From Zygnema circumcarinatum SAG 698-1b (taxonomy: Eukaryota > Plantae > Zygnematophyceae), in the NCBI GenBank assembly GCA_037447605.1, contig CM074809.1:2594689-2658688 (forward strand): 64,000 bases of DNA. Direction: 5' to 3'. Made by a program: the position numbers and the translations under genes. The notes under the pieces are model-generated. The model was given only the letters and a program-made list of their open reading frames with translations, was not told the origin of the DNA and did no database searches. Each line of letters opens with the position of its first letter. The first letter of the stretch is position 1. Positions 63,830-64,000 of this stretch are shown piece after piece.

Positions 63830-63880
63830 GCTACTTTTGTTCATGTACATTTGATGGCCTCGCCATCGTGAGTTCAATAC
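63830..63880 (+). repeat. Partial copy of the ~160-bp dispersed repeat upstream of STK16
   Basis: tttgttcatgtacatttgatggcctcgccatcgtgagttcaatac. Confidence 0.75.
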
Positions 63881-64000
63881 AATTTCTTAAAGTTCTCATT
63901 GTTCAAGCGAATCCAATAGGATTGGACTGAATGATTGAATGAACACTAGAAATCGGAATTGTTCGAGTGTGAGGCATTGAACAAAATGGAAAAAGTTCAA

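Overview
This is eukaryotic nuclear DNA from the green-plant lineage. It has GT-AG introns and plant-type genes (RLK/Pelle kinase, MUB, VAMP71, plant LysM). A streptophyte alga is my inference, not something the sequence proves. I reconstructed spliced genes by hand, so exon boundaries are predictions. In order they are: an E6AP/UBE3A-like HECT E3 ligase (minus, runs off the left edge); a damaged VPS2/CHMP2 gene; an orphan membrane protein; a ~2540-aa NYN RNase with about eight LOTUS/OST-HTH-like domains; VAMP71; a LysM protein; a TAF15/FET-like RRM-RanBP2 zinc-finger protein; a coiled-coil orphan; a receptor-like pseudokinase; tRNA-Glu(CTC); an altered 5S rRNA copy; MUB; and an STK16-like kinase. 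The intergenic DNA is highly structured. It holds a ~1.2-kb composite module in about 3.2 copies, made of a 91-bp array of a 37-bp repeat with hairpin spacers plus a palindromic CCAATGG/GC-box array. There are also dispersed solo CCAATGG palindrome arrays, a ~160-bp dispersed repeat, a TA-flanked Tc1/mariner-like foldback element, and a clean 470-bp hAT MITE with an 8-bp target-site duplication. No CRISPR, cas, transposase or prokaryotic genes are supported. The best leads are the composite promoter-associated repeat module, the NYN-LOTUS protein, the zinc-less AZUL-like domain, the VPS2 lesions and the MSA-element clusters.
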